The position numbers were made by a program, and so were the translations under genes. Below are positions 7,060 to 9,911 of a DNA stretch of 9,911 bases, piece by piece; the first letter of the stretch is position 1, and each line of letters opens with the position of its first letter. Source of the stretch: a virus (Duplodnaviria > Heunggongvirae > Uroviricota > Caudoviricetes); IMG/VR virus record IMGVR_UViG_2602041568_000003. One strand, 5' to 3'. The notes under the pieces are model-generated. The model saw nothing but the letters and a program-made list of their open reading frames with translations, had not been told where the DNA came from and did no database searches.

Positions 7060-9911
7060 ATGGGAAAAGGTGGCGGTAAGGCACACACGCCTCGTGAGGC
7101 GAAGGATAATCTCAAATCCACGCAGATGATGAGTGTGATTGATGCGATTGGTGAGGGACCGATAGAAGGTCCGGTGAAGGGACTGCAGAGTATTCTGGTG
7201 AACAAAACCCCGCTGACGGACACGGACGGTAATCCCGTGATACACGGTGTGACCGCGGTCTGGCGTGCCGGGGAGCAGGAGCAGACACCACCGGAAGGCT
7301 TTGAGTCCTCCGGAGCTGAAACCGGACTGGGCGTGGAAGTGACGAAGGCAAAACCGGTGACGCGCACCATTACGTCCGCGAACATTGACCGCCTGCTGAT
7401 TCAGTTACAGCGTAACGGTAACTGGGTGACAGAAAAGGACGTCACCATTAACGGCAAGACCACCTCACAGTTCCTGGCCTCGGTGATTCTGGATAATCTG
7501 CCTCCCCGGCCCTTTAACATCCGGATGGTCAGGGAGACGGCGGACAGCACCACGGACCAGCTGCAGAATAAGACGCTGTGGTCGTCATACACCGAAATCA
7601 TCGATGTGAAACAGTGCTACCCGAACACGGCCATTGTGGGGCTGCAGGTGGATGCGGAGCAGTTCGGCGGCCAGCAGATGACGGTGAACTACCATATCCG
7701 CGGTCGTATCATCCAGGTGCCGTCAAACTATGACCCGGAAAAACGCACGTACAGTGGTATCTGGGACGGCAGTCTGAAACCGGCATACAGCAACAACCCG
7801 GCCTGGTGCCTGTGGGACATGCTGACTCACCCGCGCTACGGCATGGGAAAACGTCTGGGGGCGGCGGATGTGGACAAGTGGGCGCTGTATGCCATCGGGC
7901 AGTACTGCGATCAGACGGTCCCGGATGGTTTCGGGGGGACCGAGCCGCGGATGACCTTTAATGCGTACCTGGCACAACAGCGTAAGGCGTGGGACGTTCT
8001 CAGTGATTTCTGCTCTGCGATGCGCTGTATGCCGGTATGGAACGGGCAGACGCTGACGTTCGTGCAGGACCGCCCATCGGATAAGGTGTGGCCGTACACC
8101 AACAGCGATGTGGTGGTGGATGATAACGGCGTGGGATTCCGCTACAGCTTCAGTGCCCTGAAGGACCGGCACACGGCGGTGGAGGTGAATTACACCGACC
8201 CGCAGAACGGCTGGCAGACCTCCACGGAACTGGTGGAAGACCCGGAAGCCATACTGCGCTACGGACGCAACCTGCTGAAGATGGACGCGTTCGGCTGTAC
8301 CAGCCGCGGTCAGGCCCACCGTGCCGGACTGTGGGTGATAAAGACCGAACTGCTGGAAACGCAGACGGTGGATTTCACGCTCGGGTCTCAGGGGCTGCGG
8401 CACACACCCGGTGACATCATTGAAATCTGTGATAACGACTATGCCGGGATCCTGACCGGCGGACGTGTCCTGTCCATTGATGCTGCCACCCGCACCCTGA
8501 CGCTGGACCGTGAAGTGACACTTCCGGAGACCGGTGCCGCCACGGTGAACCTGATTAACGGCAGCGGTAAGCCAGTGAGTGTGGACATCACCGAACACCC
8601 CGCGCCGGACCGGATACAGGTCAGTACCCTGCCTGATGGTGTGGAGACATACGGGGTGTGGGGACTCTCCCTGCCGTCACTGCGCCGTCGCCTGTTCCGC
8701 TGTGTCTCCGTCCGGGAAAACACGGACGGCACCTTTGCCATCACGGCGGTGCAGCACGTACCGGAAAAAGAAGCCATCGTGGATAACGGTGCCCGCTTTG
8801 AGCCGCAGTCAGGTTCCCTGAACAACGTCATCCCACCGGCAGTGCAGCACCTGACGGTGGAGGTGAGCGCAGCTGACGGCCAGTATCTGGCGCAGGCGAA
8901 ATGGGACACGCCGCGGGTGGTGAAGGGTGTGCGCTTCAGTCTGCGCCTGACCAGTGGTAAGGGAACGGATGCCAGACTGGTGACCACCGCCATCACCGCA
9001 GACACGGAGCACCGTTTCAGCGGCCTGCCGCTCGGGGAATACACCCTGACGGTGCGGGCGATAAACAGCTATGGCCAGCAGGGTGAACCTGCCACCACCA
9101 CCTTCCGGATTGCCGCACCGGCAGCACCGTCGCGGATTGAGCTGACGCCGGGCTATTTTCAGATAACCGCCACGCCGCATCTTGCCGTTTATGACCCGAC
9201 GGTACAGTTTGAGTTCTGGTTCTCGGAAAAGCGGATTGCGGATATCAGGCAGGTTGAAACCGCAGCCCGCTATCTTGGCTCGGCGCTGTACTGGATAGCT
9301 GCCAGTATCAATATCAAACCGGGCCATGATTATTATTTTTATATCCGCAGTGTGAATACTGTTGGCAAATCGGCATTCGTGGAGGCTGTCGGTCGGGCGA
9401 GCGATGATGCGGAAGGTTACCTGGATTTTTTCAAAGGAGAAATCGGGAAAACACATCTGGCCCAGGAGCTGTGGACGCAGATTGATAACGGTCAGCTTGC
9501 GCCGGACCTGGCTGAAATCAGGACGTCCATTACGAATGTCAGCAATGAAATCACGCAGACCGTCAATAAAAAACTGGAAAATCAGAGTGCGGCAATCCAG
9601 CAGATACAGAAAGTTCAGGTTGATACAAATAATAACCTGAACAGCATGTGGGCCGTGAAACTGCAGCAGATGCAGGACGGACGCCTTTATATTGCGGGTA
9701 TCGGTGCCGGTATTGAGAATACGCCAGCAGGAATGCAGAGTCAGGTGCTGCTGGCGGCAGACAGGATTGCGATGATTAATCCTGCGAATGGCAACACAAA
9801 GCCGATGTTTGTTGGTCAGGGCGATCAGATATTTATGAATGAAGTGTTCCTGAAATATCTGACGGCTCCCACCATTACCAGCGGCGGTAATCCTCCGGCA
9901 TTTTCCCTGAC
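7060..9911 (+). CDS. J: Tail tip / central tail fibre protein J, N-terminal ~950 codons (3'-truncated by window edge)
   Basis: ATG at 7060 with SD GGGGAAGG 6-8 nt upstream; the frame (codon phase of 7060) reads without a stop to the window end, which is why it is missing from the ORF track; translation begins [39 protein letters not shown] and continues through recognisable gpJ blocks ([162 protein letters not shown]). Confidence 0.95.
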   Translation, partial: MGKGGGKAHTPREAKDNLKSTQMMSVIDAIGEGPIEGPVKGLQSILVNKTPLTDTDGNPVIHGVTAVWRAGEQEQTPPEGFESSGAETGLGVEVTKAKPVTRTITSANIDRLLIQLQRNGNWVTEKDVTINGKTTSQFLASVILDNLPPRPFNIRMVRETADSTTDQLQNKTLWSSYTEIIDVKQCYPNTAIVGLQVDAEQFGGQQMTVNYHIRGRIIQVPSNYDPEKRTYSGIWDGSLKPAYSNNPAWCLWDMLTHPRYGMGKRLGAADVDKWALYAIGQYCDQTVPDGFGGTEPRMTFNAYLAQQRKAWDVLSDFCSAMRCMPVWNGQTLTFVQDRPSDKVWPYTNSDVVVDDNGVGFRYSFSALKDRHTAVEVNYTDPQNGWQTSTELVEDPEAILRYGRNLLKMDAFGCTSRGQAHRAGLWVIKTELLETQTVDFTLGSQGLRHTPGDIIEICDNDYAGILTGGRVLSIDAATRTLTLDREVTLPETGAATVNLINGSGKPVSVDITEHPAPDRIQVSTLPDGVETYGVWGLSLPSLRRRLFRCVSVRENTDGTFAITAVQHVPEKEAIVDNGARFEPQSGSLNNVIPPAVQHLTVEVSAADGQYLAQAKWDTPRVVKGVRFSLRLTSGKGTDARLVTTAITADTEHRFSGLPLGEYTLTVRAINSYGQQGEPATTTFRIAAPAAPSRIELTPGYFQITATPHLAVYDPTVQFEFWFSEKRIADIRQVETAARYLGSALYWIAASINIKPGHDYYFYIRSVNTVGKSAFVEAVGRASDDAEGYLDFFKGEIGKTHLAQELWTQIDNGQLAPDLAEIRTSITNVSNEITQTVNKKLENQSAAIQQIQKVQVDTNNNLNSMWAVKLQQMQDGRLYIAGIGAGIENTPAGMQSQVLLAADRIAMINPANGNTKPMFVGQGDQIFMNEVFLKYLTAPTITSGGNPPAFSL

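Noticed and set aside
6738-7079. 113-aa + strand ORF (GTG start) filling the I-J spacer
   Set aside because: It starts inside the stem of the 6731-6762 hairpin, reads through the bidirectional terminator stem at 6927-6956 and overlaps the J start out of frame; it has no SD and an AT-driven Lys/Phe/Ile/Leu-rich composition.
6800-7084. 94-aa minus-strand ORF in the I-J spacer
   Set aside because: It would start inside J and read through the bidirectional terminator and the minus-strand promoter; no SD. The region is better explained as non-coding.
7723-9456. Three overlapping minus-strand ORFs (7723-8598, 8439-9044, 8809-9456) in different frames
   Set aside because: All lie antisense within J, whose + strand frame is continuous and strongly lambda-J-like; they overlap one another in different frames and have Arg/His/Pro-rich composition, so they are artefacts.
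1-9911. CRISPR arrays, IS elements, inverted-repeat transposon ends or defence-system gene clusters
   Set aside because: No direct-repeat and spacer periodicity, no terminal inverted repeats and no non-structural ORFs were found; every long + strand ORF is accounted for by a lambda-like tail gene.

Overview
This window is a contiguous lambda-like siphovirus tail morphogenesis module, all on the + strand, in the canonical order U (3' end) - V - G - G-T (-1 frameshift) - H - M - L - K - I - J (5' part, runs off the window end). The translated products are recognisably close to phage lambda tail proteins, and GC content and codon usage look like an Enterobacteriaceae prophage or phage. Genes are tightly packed with overlapping stop/start codons (H/M ATGA, M/L TGATG, K/I 103-nt overlap). 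I see no defence system, toxin, CRISPR array, tRNA or integrase here, so by content this is an ordinary phage structural region. The one stretch the tail genes do not explain is the 343-bp AT-rich I-J spacer (6717-7059). It carries a minus-strand sigma70-like promoter (TTCACA, 16-bp spacer, TATAAT), a minus-strand intrinsic terminator about 100 nt downstream of it, and a separate strong bidirectional terminator. This is a moron-like insert that most plausibly encodes a small non-coding RNA antisense to the tail operon. A second anomaly is a frame break at the 5' end of K. All calls rest on reading the sequence and recalled knowledge of lambda; no database search was possible.
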